A DNA stretch of 61,439 nucleotides, counting the filler, from Choristocarpus tenellus KU-1152 (taxonomy: Eukaryota; Protista; Phaeophyceae), in assembly GCA_964200185.2 (NCBI GenBank). It is 9 parts of 9 records of this genome, joined end to end, with 100 filler letters (N's around TTAATTAATTAA, not from the genome) between each part and the next. Parts side by side here need not be neighbours in the genome. Positions count along the whole stretch, not along the records: positions 9,438 to 19,686 come from CAXNAD020003042.1; positions 19,787 to 22,575 come from CAXNAD020024744.1; positions 22,676 to 32,889 come from CAXNAD020003074.1; 6 more parts are not named here. One strand, given 5' to 3'. Shown here piece by piece: positions 10,604-24,622 of this stretch (position 1 is its first letter; each line of letters begins with the position of its first letter). Position numbers and translations under genes: made by a program. The notes under the pieces are model-generated. The model was not told where the DNA came from, made no database searches, and was given only the letters and a program-made list of their open reading frames with translations.

Positions 10604-13097
10604 TACATTTATTCCCGAATGAAGTGTGAGAAGTAGTGCAGTTGTAGAGATCCTCTGATTATGGATTGGGATAGTCCCCAGAATAAAGTGAAGATAAAAT
10701 AATAAAACTACGATGGAAAGGTACTCAGAGGAAAGTGTAAGACAACAACACTTGTGAAAATAAAGATTACCACCATATCTGTAATTGGAAAAAAGCAGCA
10801 AAAGACGAAAAATAAGGAGAAAAATCTCAGGCTAGATAGAAGGGGAACAAATTAACCCATATGTACTGCACTACCACCCGATACTCGGAATGGGACAACA
10901 TAAACATTAACATCACCACACATCACCGGGTTCAAAGGCAAAACAGAGGGAAAAGAGAAATTCAGTGTGACGGCGGGCCCATCCAATCTGAAACTACTAA
11001 TCGCACAAAGGGAAAGAGCAACGACACAAAGTAAAGAGGGACGTAAGAATAGTCATTAACCAAAAATAGACAAGTAGAAAGCAGCATTAATCAGATAATA
11101 GGGAGTATACATGTGCCCTGATCTGCTTGTGGGTTACCTTCCTAGCTGGCCTTCTCAGCTGCTGCTTTAGCGTGACGTGCATCAGCAACACAGTTTCCTT
11201 AGAATATCACTCTGCCATAAAGCTCTTTTTGCCTTGAACCACACAATCGCCACCTTTGGTTAGTTACTCTTATACTCAATCCGTCAACTGCTACTTCAAG
11301 CTTTAACTTAATCTTTCAGGCGTATCCATCAGTTCTCCTCCTTTCTACCTTGCTTCGGATTTGCATCTGCAAGTTCCCCAAACATCAATAAGGTCTTGGG
11401 TGGCACTCATCTCTCATGCATACAACTGACGCTCTGGGCAGCCTCTATTTTGACACAGTCCCCCCAACACTGTCATACCCAGCCTTCACAACGGCATCTT
11501 TATAGGACGGAGTATGATCAGTGCATTCCTGTTTGCAAAATCTGATGCAGCGTAGAGGGATTTTGTGATAGTGAGAAGAAAGCTTCTACATAGGGAACAC
11601 TTCAGCGTGCCCATGTCAGAGGTACTGTTCAAACTTACGCCATCCCCTGTCCCTCCTACTCCTTTGACCTTATTATTGCAGCCCCCTTGGTGACAACAAG
11701 GTCCTTGAAAATCGTTAGGTCAGTGATGAATTCCTCAACTACTATGCCATAGCTCTTGAGTGAAGTGATGCCTTGATTAGGATAGGGGCAAGGGGACACC
11801 CTTGCAAAGGCCTTGTCTGGTGAAGGAATTCTGTCATACGGAACTCAAGGAAAGCAAAGCTACCTTCCATGCAACTGCGAGTCCTGGATTGACTGACTAT
11901 ACTGGATAACTAACCCTACAATGGGGCAAGCCAACTCTACCCATTGGTTGGAAGCCATGAACGGCGAGTAAGACTCACTATATATAGGATCTAGCTTGCC
12001 CCCTTTCTGGGCATGTAATCATCAGATCAAGATGGATCTAGAAAACAAAATACAGCGCTAATGACCAGGTGGTTCAACACGAAGGAAGCTATGTCTCCCC
12101 ACAGAACACAGTCAGATGAATCTACGGCTCCAAGATGCTTGGACCAGTGGCTCAAATATAAAGCTCCTGCACAATTCTGGTTGCGCCAACCACAAAACGA
12201 CTGGGATATATTGTAGTGCAATGTCGAAACAATATTTCTGCACGGTCAAGTCTAACAAGACACATGTAAAAAAAACCCAGGAGGATACAAAGTGCTCTAG
12301 ATGGGACACCACTGTTTTTCTAGCTGAAGCAGAGTTTGAATGGATTATTAGAATCTCCATGCACGAAGCATCTCATTAAACTGGACTCTGAAGCATCCTG
12401 GGAAACATGTGTGTGTAGAACAAAAGAAACTCTGAGGTCATCTCATTACTGTGGGTACACAATCCTGGAATAACTAGGTCAGATGGAGAAGGCATACAAT
12501 GAATCGGAGAACTGGTACATGATCAATTCCAGATGACAACATTGAGGTAAGTCTCCTGGGATAATGGGAATGGAGACAAAGTAGAATCAGCGCATATGTC
12601 TCCTAAGAACACTATGTAGTGAAAATGCTCAGAATGTTCCAAATAGAAAACCGTACACCCTTTTAGTCTCCCAGTGGTGTAAGAGTATTCTGACACCATC
12701 AAATCTGAGGACAGATAATGTGGGAAGAATCGCTATCAGGATTAAGTGGACAATCTGATCAATACAGTTATCTGTATTTGATTAAACACCATACACGGTG
12801 TGATGCAAACATTTCATTTTACGGCATCATCACCTCTGAACTTCAAACACTAAAAAACAAGGTGAGGACCAACAGAGGGGCAAGCAAGCCCTAGTTTCAT
12901 AAATTAAGCCTGCGTCAGAAATCACCAACAGGTGTTTTTGCAAAGTAAAGCAGACCTTTCTAGATCACCCAAGGGATCGCTTTTGTGGACAAATCACTAT
13001 TTGCACTTGTGGACTTCCTAGATCCTAGTCAGAAAAAATGGAACCACGCTGATCCATGGACTGGAAAAAAAAAGAGAGTTGATGGTCCTGGACCAAA

Positions 13098-13495
13098 TGT
13101 TACAGGCGAATAGCGCGAGCATTTCTTCTCGTGCTCTAGCAAGCACAAGAAGTATACGAAATTAGTAGCACATATATAGCCTTACGGAATAAATGCTAAT
13201 TTCTTAGAAGATGCAGAGTAACATTCGAAATACATATGTAACCTTACAGAAGAAACGTCAATTCCTAGAAGTTGCAGAATAAAGGTTTATGATTAGAGTA
13301 TGTATACAGCAGTTTGCAGATGTCTTTTTAGTTGCAGTCTGCAGAAACTGGGTGAGTGACGAAAATAAAGAATACTTTGATGGCCACCAAAGTACCTCTT
13401 GCTCCACTCTTTTAACTCGATTCAAATATTAAATCAAGCATTGAGCTAAGCACTAAAAGAAGCATCGAGAGAAGAGTAGCTGACCCCCATACGTG
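13098..13495 (+). repeat. LTR-like interspersed repeat (copy 2)
   Basis: Homologous to 8871-9315. Confidence 0.65.
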
Positions 13496-16399
13496 GCTAT
13501 CAACTGCGGAAATACCTGTAGTGTCATTTTCAGGTCGTTGGATTAGAGTTACACATCCTGCAGAGGTGAGTTCTGGAGCGTGTTGCAACACAAACCATCA
13601 ACCCCAACTCTCTCTCTACAGGTACACAAACACACACAAACGCAAAAAATCCATAATTTGGAGGACTATATAATACCAGAACTGGGCCAGGTTCCAGACG
13701 AAACTATTGACATTTTCCGGGTTCAATAAAAAGTCCTTGTTCTTTCCATTACCCACTTCAACTTTCCTGTAGCTCAGTAATTCACGGCCAGAACCATTCC
13801 AAAGATGTAGCTGAAGGCATGCCAAAAGAATCCTGTTTCACAGCTTGCAAGCTGTTCACTGGTACAGCACCCTCTGGACTAGCTTCAATATGAAGCAATA
13901 CCACGGGCAAGACAAAAAAACTCTATGGGAGGAGGGGGAACATGAAAGCAGTTGGAGGGCTGAACCAGACATGCGAGTAGCAAGATATGCATGGGGATAA
14001 TACAGCTAATGGTGGAATTTTAGAACCCCTGACCAAGGATCAGGTTAGCTCAGGCTAAAGTGTCAACATGTGAACATTCAATTTTAAACGCAATTTTACA
14101 ACACATGCTGATCCAGAGAGAGTCAGAAGGATCTTTTTGACTCTATTCCCTTCAACTATCTTGGCCTCAACTTTGGCCTGAGTTTGATGTCTAGTTACAC
14201 CAAAACTGATGCTAGGTTCCGGCATTGGCATTGAAGAAAAATTCCGTTTAATCAGCAGGGACAGTGTAAGATGTTGCTGACACCTCACTTGCCTGGGGCA
14301 AGGTCTGTGAGCGCTCAAACAGACATATCCTACACCCCCTCACCACACCAGGGAGTGTTTGTGGACAGAGTAATGGTAATCTGGGCTCCCTTGCCATTAC
14401 CAAGAGGAGGATTGGCACCCATATCCTTGATCGCTTGATCCCCCTCTGCCCTCACTAGCAGGAAGATCGCGAGTCAAACTGTCTCATTTGTTACTGAAGG
14501 TTAACTCGTCAACAAGAGCAGCCTCGCCCTTACTCCCAGTGCTACGAGGAGAATAATCAGGTGGAGATGCTTTGGAGGAGAAGACATAAACAAAACAAAA
14601 AAATAATTGTAAGACTTGTGGTGTGCACCCTACTGAGGGATTGGAACCTCATTCTCAACTACAAAAGTCTGAACACTGAGTCCTCCTCCCCCCGTTTACA
14701 GTGTGGGAAATTTCTCTTTCTAGGTCTAGACTAGGGGTTTTTGAGGGACACTGAACTCAAGTGGTGTGTAGTAACAATGCCTGACTAGACCAGAATGTAT
14801 AAAAAACACAGAGATAAGTTCCAGACCCTAGGTAAAAACACCAGTTGGGCCAATGGGAGAGGTTTGCAGTTGTTAAATTGGCGACATAAGCAAGATTTAA
14901 GAAATAGGTAAGCGCGGAAGTCTCATGTCACATTTCACGTGGCAATTTACAACCTGGATTAGCCGTTGTTGCAGTGCAATTGAGTGAGACGCCACTGAGA
15001 AATTTCTGAGACTTAACCCACAGCTGTTTTGTAGGAAGAAGATATGCGGGAACAACATTGGGCCTTGGATGCGAGCTTGTAAGACCTCATCAATCAGTCC
15101 AACAGCACATCCAACAACCATATTGAATGAGGACTATCCACAAGAGTGAACTCTTGTTTGATCCCATGATCCCTACAAGTGCACCACGTTTTTTCCCAAA
15201 TCTCACCCCCCCAATAACACCGCACCATGACTTGGGGGTCTATGATCGGGTTGGACATCAGCAAAGCATGTATTGAAGGCTTGACAGCATCTGACTTGAA
15301 GCAAAGGAAGCACAACTAAATGAAACGAGAATAGTCATCCCAAATTATGAAGGTGCAACATCTACCCCAGATTGAAAGGATATCCAAACCCTATTTAGTC
15401 TTCTCAGTGGCCTCAAATAGGTGCCAAATAGGATGCCCTCTTGAATGTCCTTGCTCACTGAGAACCCAGGATGCCACTTCAACTCCCCCACCAGAGTAAT
15501 GCCCATTGAGGTGCAGCTGATATGAGCAGTGCTTCACAAGCATCGACACACAAAGAAATTTTAATGCCGACTTCACTTTGTGGGGAACATGGCTTGGTCG
15601 AGGGTCGAATGACTGCTTTTAGGGCCACGTTAGCTTTTGAGTGAGCTTTTGTGTCCTACCGAGATGCAGTGGCTACTACGAAGTACGTAAAAGAGTGTCC
15701 TATGGCAATACCCACATAGGTTTCACCCATGTCTGCTTTTGCCTGGAGTGAAACCAGGATAAGTGCCAACTTTAGAAGGTGAACAAGGTTTTGCAATGTG
15801 ACTGTGACTGACCATCTTTCTGACCGAAAGACAATCGTAACCTTGCCACACGGAGCAATGACAAAATAGTCCATATTGACTGTGACTGCTCTTTCATTGT
15901 TGTTGCTTCGGCAGCATTGGTAAAGCACATGCTAGAGTTAGTCTTGTGGTCCAATGCAGCATTGCCAGGGGTCCCATACTTTCCCTTCCAACTAACATAA
16001 CCACTCGCAATAAAGTACAAAAGTCCAAACCAACACTTACCTCGTTCTCTGGGAATCTCTGTCGTTGTTGCAGCCAGCGTATATACTCTTCCTCAAGGTC
16101 GTCAGACGTGAGGACACAGGCAGTTTATGCAGGGGAAATCTTGTCCAGTTCCCGTCTGTCTCCTGCACCTTTCACATAGTGTATCAGTGCATAGCGATAA
16201 GCCGAACTTCTGCTGACAAGATGGAGTATGGGATTTTACAAAGAAACCCTCAACATGCTTTATTGGCTAACCTGCCTTTCGTGCGCCACGTGGTTCGCTC
16301 AGTGCTCACCACCACCAAGAAAAGAGACAGTTTACAACTAAAAGTACGTACAGTACTGTATTTCATAGTAAGTTAAGACACACACAAGTACACAACATT

Positions 16400-17434
16400 A
16401 TGTGGTGTATGGCATTCCTGAGTGTGTTTTCTGCAAAGGGCTGCCCTGGACTTTTTGCGCACGAAGAATCCAAGGCATGGATAACTAAGGCCAATGTAGG
16501 GGACGGGCTTGAACCTTCCTCTAGCCATTGGTTCGAGGAAGTGCAAAAGGTGGGCAGGAAGCGTCGACGCCCACGACGGGGAGGACGCCCTCGACCCCAA
16601 TCCCAACCAGAGGTGACCTCCAAGGTGGTACAAGTAAAGAAAGCTAAGGATCTTACTCCAGAGCAGCTGGCCTCTGTACTTTGGCGTTTCACGGAGAACA
16701 TCAAGTCGGCGGGAAGGCGCCGGGATTGGCAAGGGGTCCTTCGTTTTTTAGACAAAGCTAAGGCAAGGGATCTTCCACTTGATAGAAAAATATACAACAC
16801 TTCCATGATTGCACTTAGCAAGAGTGACAAGTGGGAGGAAATGCTCTCTATTATCAAAGACATGAAAACCATGGGAATCGATCCGAACGGCGCTACCTAC
16901 ACAGCTGCGATCACGGCTTGTGGCTCTAAGGGAAAGTTGGATAGGGTTCGGGAATTGTTAGAGGAGATGAGAAGAGCGGAGGTTCGCCCCAATCGTTTTA
17001 CATATGCTGCAGCAATATCAGCGTTTGGAGACTGGGGTGAACACAAGCTAGCTTTGGAACTACTGGACGAGATGAAGATGAATGGGGTTGAACCAGACGT
17101 TATCACGTACACTGCTGCAATTGCGGCTTGTGGGAGCAGTGAGATTGCCCTTCGTTTGCTCGAGGAGATGAAGATGGGCGAGATTATTCCCAATGCCGCC
17201 ACCTATAGTGCAGCAATAACTACTTGTGGGAAGAAAGAAGATGCCCTTAACCTCCTGATAGATATGAGGACCAATGGAGTTGAGCCTGATGCCAATATCT
17301 ACAAGTCAATCCTCCAGGCCATAGGGAACGGAGACCCAGGGGAAGCTTCCTTGCGACTGCTGGAGGAAGTGAAGGCTAGGGGGGTTGTACCAGATGTTCT
17401 CACCTATAATGCTGCGATTTTTGCTTGGGACTAG
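16400..17434 (+). CDS. Intronless pentatricopeptide-repeat (PPR) protein with ~7 motifs, possibly C-terminally truncated
   Basis: 344-aa ORF with tandem TY.AAI.ACG....AL.LL.EM...G..PD motifs. Short hydrophobic N-terminus; start codon uncertain. Confidence 0.88.
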   Translation: MWCMAFLSVFSAKGCPGLFAHEESKAWITKANVGDGLEPSSSHWFEEVQKVGRKRRRPRRGGRPRPQSQPEVTSKVVQVKKAKDLTPEQLASVLWRFTENIKSAGRRRDWQGVLRFLDKAKARDLPLDRKIYNTSMIALSKSDKWEEMLSIIKDMKTMGIDPNGATYTAAITACGSKGKLDRVRELLEEMRRAEVRPNRFTYAAAISAFGDWGEHKLALELLDEMKMNGVEPDVITYTAAIAACGSSEIALRLLEEMKMGEIIPNAATYSAAITTCGKKEDALNLLIDMRTNGVEPDANIYKSILQAIGNGDPGEASLRLLEEVKARGVVPDVLTYNAAIFAWD

Positions 17435-18291
17435 TTGGAGGCTTCTCTGTGTTTGTGTGAGGTGGTGAAGGGGTAGAAGAGGGGGGAGTCACAAATAGAC
17501 CATAAACCGCTTGTTTACATCAGTGTACAACCAGAAGTGGGACCTGATGGGACAAAAAAGTTGATGTTTTTCTCAACATCTGTGCATAATGCAGCATGAG
17601 TTACATTGCAGTTTAATCACGAAGCACAAGTAACTGTAGACAATATAGCCTGTGAATTATGGACAAGTCTGTTGAATGTACAGGTATACCTGCAAAATAT
17701 ATGTATATTTATCTGGAGGAATCATAACATGCGCTTGCCATGGCAAGAAACGCCTTCCTTTTGTCGGGGATGATGATATTCAGGGCTTAATTAATAAAAT
17801 GTAAGCTTGACTCTCCAGGATATTTCTCGTATTGGAAGGAATATTCCAACCTTGCCCTCAGTGTATGCCCATGACTCAACTGAAGTCTAGAGTGTTTTAC
17901 CCTAAGCCATATACATACATTCGCATCACACGAGTTTGTCCACTTGAACACGAACAATGAGTATTTGTCGTTACCCTTTCTGTGCAGTGTTTTTTCATTT
18001 GTTATGTAAAAGTCTGGGTAAGTACTGTTGACATCGTCTTATCTCTTCTCTCTCTGTATTGTGCTTCTTTTTTGGCCCGCCCCTGGTGTCAACATTGCTC
18101 AACATGGCATCTGTTCTATCATGTTTAACATCCAGTCTACTCATTGGAATATTTCCTCAATGCAATGCAATGGAAAGAAAACAACTAAACCCTCCTGCAA
18201 TGAAGTGTTTGTTCACAGGCATTCCTCCTTTGTATCTGATTTTGCCTGGAGTACTCTGTGCTCTTCACAAACCAAAAGAATACAATCCACA

Positions 18292-18549
18292 GACTCAAAG
18301 TATTGCAGAGGGTAGGCGTTTTGCCCTGTTTGTCCGTTCGGGACTTGACTTCCCACAAGTTTTTTTTGCCCTTTTTTGGTTTTCTGTGTGAACACAGTTA
18401 CCTAAAATGTATACGCCTGTGAAAGGTGTGTCCGGAGCAAGGATATTGTCACTTGCTCAAAAACACGACAGTCAAAATTCATCAAAATCGCAACATTGGA
18501 TGTATGACCCCGAACCGACTTGGCCCTACCCTCTTAAATGCTTTGACTC
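18292..18549 (+). mobile_element. MITE family A, degenerate copy
   Basis: Degenerate TIRs gactcaaagtattgcagagggta ... taccctcttaaatgctttgactc; family interior recognisable. Confidence 0.8.
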
Positions 18550-19074
18550 ACTTCACTACGCTCTTTCACATTGAATATCCTCCTTTGCCTGTAATGATAA
18601 TTGGCGGAATTTACCACTCATGACCTTTTCGGGTCCATGGCTGTTTGGCCCCGTGATTACGTGGGAAGAGTACTTCATAACTTACCCAGTGCATGATACA
18701 TTAATTCTGTTTTCCCAAGTACAACGGAACAGGTATCTGTAACACATCGATCCTCAGGCTCAGGATTTACCCTCATACAATGTAGAAGTTTTTTGTATGT
18801 CTATTTTCCCCACTTGTTATACATTTCATGTTTTGAACACCTTTTTACCCTACAATCAAACACAACCTCATAAATTCCGGTGTACTCTTTTAATTCTTCA
18901 AGTATTCACTTTTTTTAGGTGTGAAAGATCATTTTGAGAGACCTCATATTTTGTCATTTGTATTTTTTTTAATATGCATTACTCTCTTCTTGTTTAGTGG
19001 GGTAACATCGTGATGGGCATTGGGAGGGTGCATTGAATTCACAACGGTCAAAGAGGATGAGGACGGGTCAGAAA

Positions 19075-19347
19075 GAGTGTAAGGTATCTTAGAGGGTAGA
19101 GCCTTGACCTTTTGGGGGCCAATATCCAATGTTGCGATTTTGATGTGATTTTGGCTATCTTGTTTGCTAGGTTGTGTCAATATCCTTGTTCCAGACATAC
19201 ACATGATACCTACTCCAAAACGTAAACATTTTACCTACTCCGAAATGTTTCGAAATAGAAAAATGTCATAAAAAAAACGTGGGAAGCCAAGTCCCAAATG
19301 GAAAAAAAAACAGGGCAAAACTCCTACCCTCTAAGATACTTGCACTC
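19075..19347 (-). mobile_element. MITE family A
   Basis: TIRs present, flanked by aaa/aaa. Confidence 0.88.
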
Positions 19348-19644
19348 AAAATGTTATTTGTCGATGCGTGTTTGAGGTATATGGGGTTTTTCTTGGCCAA
19401 TCTGATACACCTATAGAAGCTGTTTAAATTACCTCAACAACGCCTGGGGGACACATTTCATTGAAAGGACCAAAAACGGTTTCACACGTAGCTAACTTGT
19501 GTGGAGAAAACAATGAACACAGAACTCATAGTAGAGTTCTCCTGGGCTTCACAAGAAATGGTGGAAGGAGCCTAGGGGTGCATGTGGATACTCTAACAAA
19601 TGGTCAATCTCTCTTTGACTTTGGAAATTGCCCCCGTCGCAGCC

Positions 19645-19686
19645 GAGCCAAAGTATCTTAGAGGGTAAAGTCGTGTCCATTTGGGG
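19645..19686 (-). mobile_element. MITE family A terminus at contig end
   Basis: gagccaaagtatcttagagggta..tccatttgggg. Confidence 0.8.
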
Positions 19687-19804
19687 NNNNNNNNNNNNNN
19701 NNNNNNNNNNNNNNNNNNNNNNNNNNNNNNTTAATTAATTAANNNNNNNNNNNNNNNNNNNNNNNNNNNNNNNNNNNNNNNNNNNNGTGTGTTGTTGGGG
19801 TTGA

Positions 19805-19844
<40 letters not shown>

Positions 19845-20599
19845 GGGGGAGGGTTGTAGAGTTGATGGGCTGTATTGAGGAGTGGCAGATGGACGGACTG
19901 GGTTTTGTCTGCTGGATGCTCAAGTTCGCTTCTTTTTTTTTTTTGCTTTTTTTTTGCGCAGTGGTCATTACTCGAAAGATCAATGTCTTTGAGATAGGGG
20001 AGTGAGGACGACCTGCTTGCTTTGGAAGAGTATATCGAGTTGTGATAGTTTAAAGAACGAAACCGGACCGAACTTGAAGTTCAAGGGTGAGATATAATGT
20101 GTGGCATCTAGAGGGGATCTCGAAGCAGTTGATGTCATTTTTTCTTTTCTACATGAATGAGTATTAGCGATGGCCTTGATTTGATGCTAAGGAGCAGTAG
20201 GTTATTGGCGTAGGGGTGTTGTGCATATCCCCCCATGCGTAGAGAAGAGACCCAGCAGACTTCGATGTGTAACCCCAGGCACCGTAGAAACCTGAAAATG
20301 TTTTTGTCGTGCAACACAAATTATTTTTTCGACACTTTATCTGTACACCAGACATGTGCGGTTCACAAGTAGATCAATATTTTGTAAAAAAAAAAGGTTA
20401 GCAATGACACCATGGGCAGGTCAGAAAAAAAAAAGTGTTTTGTTGTTGTGTTTTGAGGAGTTACTTCGAATTGCAAGAAGTGGATGTATGTTTTATACAT
20501 TGGGCAGTCTATTTGCTGTTCACTGGTCTTGTTTTTGAAACTGTGATACAGCTCAGTTTGGGAGATCGCATCGACCAAAAGGCCCTACCCAGTATGTTC

Positions 20600-21900
20600 T
20601 ACGAGGAACTATTGTCATCTTGCACCTCACTCGTCTTGAAGAAGTTATGTTCTACGTTAGGCATGTAAAAGTTCACAGTTACTGATAGTTTTCTGGGGGG
20701 GCTATCAACCACTGTCCCATCTTTCCGTTTTTCAGTGTAACGTCTAATGAGTTAAATGGCGATATTTGAGGAAACCCTCCCATCGCACGAGACCTCATCT
20801 TCAGCTTTGTGAGGTTAGAAGCTGTCTAACTCTAGAGTGGAGGGGCAGAGATAGTCAATCAAGCGAGAGCAAGAGCCTACGCACTTTTAGGTAGTCTTCA
20901 TCAGGAGACGTTTCATAATGCCTGTCAGGTCACTGTCAAGCAGGATGCGGTGAGATTAATGTACTTGGTGCACCAAAGTACCTGCCCATTTTACCCATCC
21001 AAAGTACTGAACAAGTAGTACTAGTATGGTAGGTGTGCGTTGTTGCCTCTTATTATTGCTCTAGCAGAGGAGGCTCTAGGTAAGGTGGTCGCTGGAGGAA
21101 TGGGCCCTGATGGAATTTGTAGTTGTGTCTTGTAGTAGCAACACATACTTCCCCCTACGTACTCTCTCCAGGAGCTTTGATGAGGACATCAGCAAAAAGA
21201 CAAGGGTTATTGGAGAGGGAGGGGTTGTCAGAGTCATCTGCAGGCCCTTCACTAGAGATGAGACCTGATCGTCTCTATAACCCTGGATCTGCATCCTCAG
21301 CAAGTGCATGCAGTTCCCCATTTTCTGCTGAGATAGAACTCAAGATTGTAGCTCACCATGCTTTACTCCTGGTTTTTGCTCTGATCATTGTCTGGGTCAT
21401 GGTTGCTGAACTCGTAGCATGATCTCGATCTCGAGTGGTGGCTGTGACGAACGTGTGGCAGGCCCCTGTGCTAATGAGTGCACTCACAGATGCAAGAAAC
21501 TTCAATGTAATGAAGTGCTTGGCTGATACCTGGCCCAGTCCCTGATCCTGTGCTGATTGTGCGTACACTGAGACATGATGGCAGCCATCCACGTCATTGA
21601 ACTTGACCATATCGACCAGTCTACAAAACCAGACACACCAGTGAGATCCAGATTTGACCAAGCAGTCAGAAGGACTGTCAGAACGAATATCCATTCCGAT
21701 TCTGACTTATCCATTTTCCTGCTGTGATTTTGCTCATTCTGTGACATCTATTGTGCACTAAGGTTTTGGTTTTGTTCTGAAATTCCTCAACTGATGTTGG
21801 GATGCTAGGCCAAGATATGAAAGACTCTGACTCGCCCTCTGTGGTGGAAGAGTTCAGTCTGGTGATTGTGATTGCCCCCTTTTGCAGAGAGCTTTGGCGC
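20600..21900 (-). mobile_element. Highly decayed LTR-retrotransposon gag/protease-like remnant
   Basis: Scattered motif fragments (RILLDSDLTGIM; FYMPNVEHNFF) resemble a Copia protease; many stops. Confidence 0.3.
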
Positions 21901-23619
21901 CTTGACACTTACAGAGTGGTAGTCACGCCAAGTGTTCAAGGGGGTTAAGCACGCTTTCGCATCATGACTGACCAATTCAAGACTTACGAAACACAGAAAA
22001 GTGGGTCTACTTCCAATTCCAACGCAAATTTCACTTCCACGAGCCTTGACACTTCCACAATACTACTGGTAATACCATTATCGATACAGCAAATACTACA
22101 ATAATTCCAGTAACAACACACATACATTACATTTAATACTACCTAATACACCTTCAAAGTACATAGTAGTGATGATACTTCAAACAGTAAGTCCTTCGTT
22201 ACTCCTGGTGGTGGTGTTTCTTGATCAGTACTAAAAGCAATTCAAATTCTCCATGTTGGTTACAAGCAGTCGCCTTCACCATTTCTTGCACACTGTGTGG
22301 GCTTGGACCGAGATCTTGTGTGGATTTTGACTTCAACAAATGTTTTTTGTTCCACATCATTACTTGGGCAGGAAAAACAAAAGGGATTCAGATAAATTTC
22401 AAGTTCGACAGAGGGTATGACTGGGTTACGACCAGTGGAAATTAATCTCCGACCTGGAATATTCCTGGATAGAGTTGGAAACAGCCGATTTCAAAAATTG
22501 AGGATGGAGCTTTTCATTGAGGATGGGCTTGACCCAATATCGACACTTTATCCTAGTCAATATTGGGTCAAGCCCNNNNNNNNNNNNNNNNNNNNNNNNN
22601 NNNNNNNNNNNNNNNNNNNTTAATTAATTAANNNNNNNNNNNNNNNNNNNNNNNNNNNNNNNNNNNNNNNNNNNNCACACCGATGCGTGCGTGGAGAAAG
22701 CCCCCCCACCCACCCACCCACTCACCCAAACACATATAAACACACGTACATAGGCAGAGAGACACAACACAAAGCAGGGTATAACAGTCGACCTCCTGTC
22801 TAGGAACTACAGAAGGTCTATGACAATGTTGGAGTCTATGTACCTCAACACAACAGACCAGAACCAGCAAAAGCCACTGAGTCAAAGTAAACGAGAGGTA
22901 CCCAGAATTGAATTTTGAGGATGCTGACAAATGTTTCCAAAATTCCTCTTTTGCTACAAATGTGTAAAGGATATTTTCTTAATTTTGTTGAAGAGATTCA
23001 AACAGTTGAGAAATCAGTGTTCCCAAGTCAAACTAGGCACTTCATACATAGAAATATGGGTGAATTACGAAAAATTGAAAAAGTCTTAAATTGCTAAACG
23101 GCCAGAACCTGGGCACCTTTCAATTTTTCTTTGGCTCACACATACACATCAATCCAGGGTCTTGTGCCTGGCAGTGACAGAACATTGCTTCAGCATAGTA
23201 GGTTTCAACTGCATACATACAGAATATCTGGGTCATCCCTGCTAGAGCAAATGAAAGATTAACTATGTCTACAATTGTATTTTGAGTCTTGTGAGGCGTT
23301 ACGAGATTGCCTGAGCTGGTGTATGAAGCAACAAGCAAGTGTAACACACAGAGCTTATGGGGAAGACAAATACAGAAGGTTGATGGTGGATTGCAGTGAA
23401 GAGGGAAAGAGTGCTGGCAGAGGGCATTCCTCACATTTTTATGCCATCCAGTTCATGACTAGAGCAGTAAACATCATCACTAAATTGAGTCTATCAGCGG
23501 GCACACCCTGGGTGCTGACAACTGGCACTCTTTACAATTTCCATAGCACTCAGTTTCCTCACACAATAACACATTGCCTTTCTGTCTGCCTCATCAGTAC
23601 ATTGCTTTCATGTCCACCC

Positions 23620-24307
23620 CATGACTAGAGGTGGGCCTCGGGGCACATTGTGGGTGCAAACAGTTCAGATTTTCCGCTTTCACCATCCATCCAGCTTATA
23701 CCCAGAGAACTACGTCACCTTCCTGTCCCCATCATAACAGAAGTGACAGCTTGGGGAAAATTTGGGGTTTTGACAGTGGCCACTCTTCACATTCATCAAG
23801 CCATCCAGATTACGCCCGAAGCAGTACATCACCTTCCTTTTGCCCTTGTGGCCAAAGTAAAGCCTGTGGGCGCATCCCTTACATCCTTGCATCTTCCATG
23901 CCATCCAGTTTACGCTCGGAACCATACATCGTCTAACTACCCGCTCTATATCCATAGTAGGACCTCTAGGCACATCGTGTGCGCTGGTAGCAGTCTCTCA
24001 TCACATTTACTATGCCATCTAGCTTATACCGGGAGGAGTAGATGGGCGTTTTGTCTCCCATGACTGAAGCTAGGCTTGTGGTCATCGAACTTGGTTTCTC
24101 ACTGTGCGATGTACAGTGACAAAAAACTCTCCTGTTTGCACCAGGGGAAATTGATGGTCGACCGGCATGTCTCAGAGCAGTTGCTTCATTGTCCTTGGTA
24201 CCCTCGGCAACCATAGTTTGAAGCACATAATGTTCTGTCTCTACCTCAGACGATGTCTTTCCCCCTTGCAAGAAATACCCCATCACTGTTGTTGCCTCAC
24301 TGGACAT
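23620..24307 (-). pseudogene. EsV-1-7 cysteine-rich repeat pseudogene
   Basis: Joining frames gives repeated units KTPIYSSRYKLDGIVNV..C, MYGSERKLDGM, GCKGCAHRLYFG..KVMYCFGRNLDGLMNVKSGHC, YDGDRK..GYKLDG. These match the EsV-1-7 consensus (C..GC...YG....YC..HK..GMVNV) with stops, frameshifts and lost Cys/His. Confidence 0.65.
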
Positions 24308-24622
24308 ATTGTTTGTAAGACGAGGTGTGTGCTGGGCGGGTGTAGGGAGACGAATCTACTTATTGACCGAAATACCAACTCTGCTTTGTAAGAGTGGTTC
24401 ACTCTCTTCAACCGACACACACAGAGCGAGGGAACGCTTCATCTGCATTGGTTTACTTCAAGAAGATCGATGCAATACCTGATTTTGAAACTTCTCCAAC
24501 CTCAAACAAGAACGTAGGGTTAGGGATAATCTCTGACGCGCATGATGAGACATGAACCCGAAAAACCTCTCCTAAAACCTGCAACAGACTATATATATAC
24601 CCTCGAGCGATCGTTATAGACC

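Noticed and set aside
14870-16050. Possible Gypsy PBS (TGGCGAC) and decayed gag
   Set aside because: No recognisable domain or paired LTR; too degenerate to call.
16897-17202. Antisense ORFs over PPR, Copia and acidic tracts (also 4992-5789, 45286-45663, 60935-61375)
   Set aside because: Shadow frames of real coding or low-complexity sequence.
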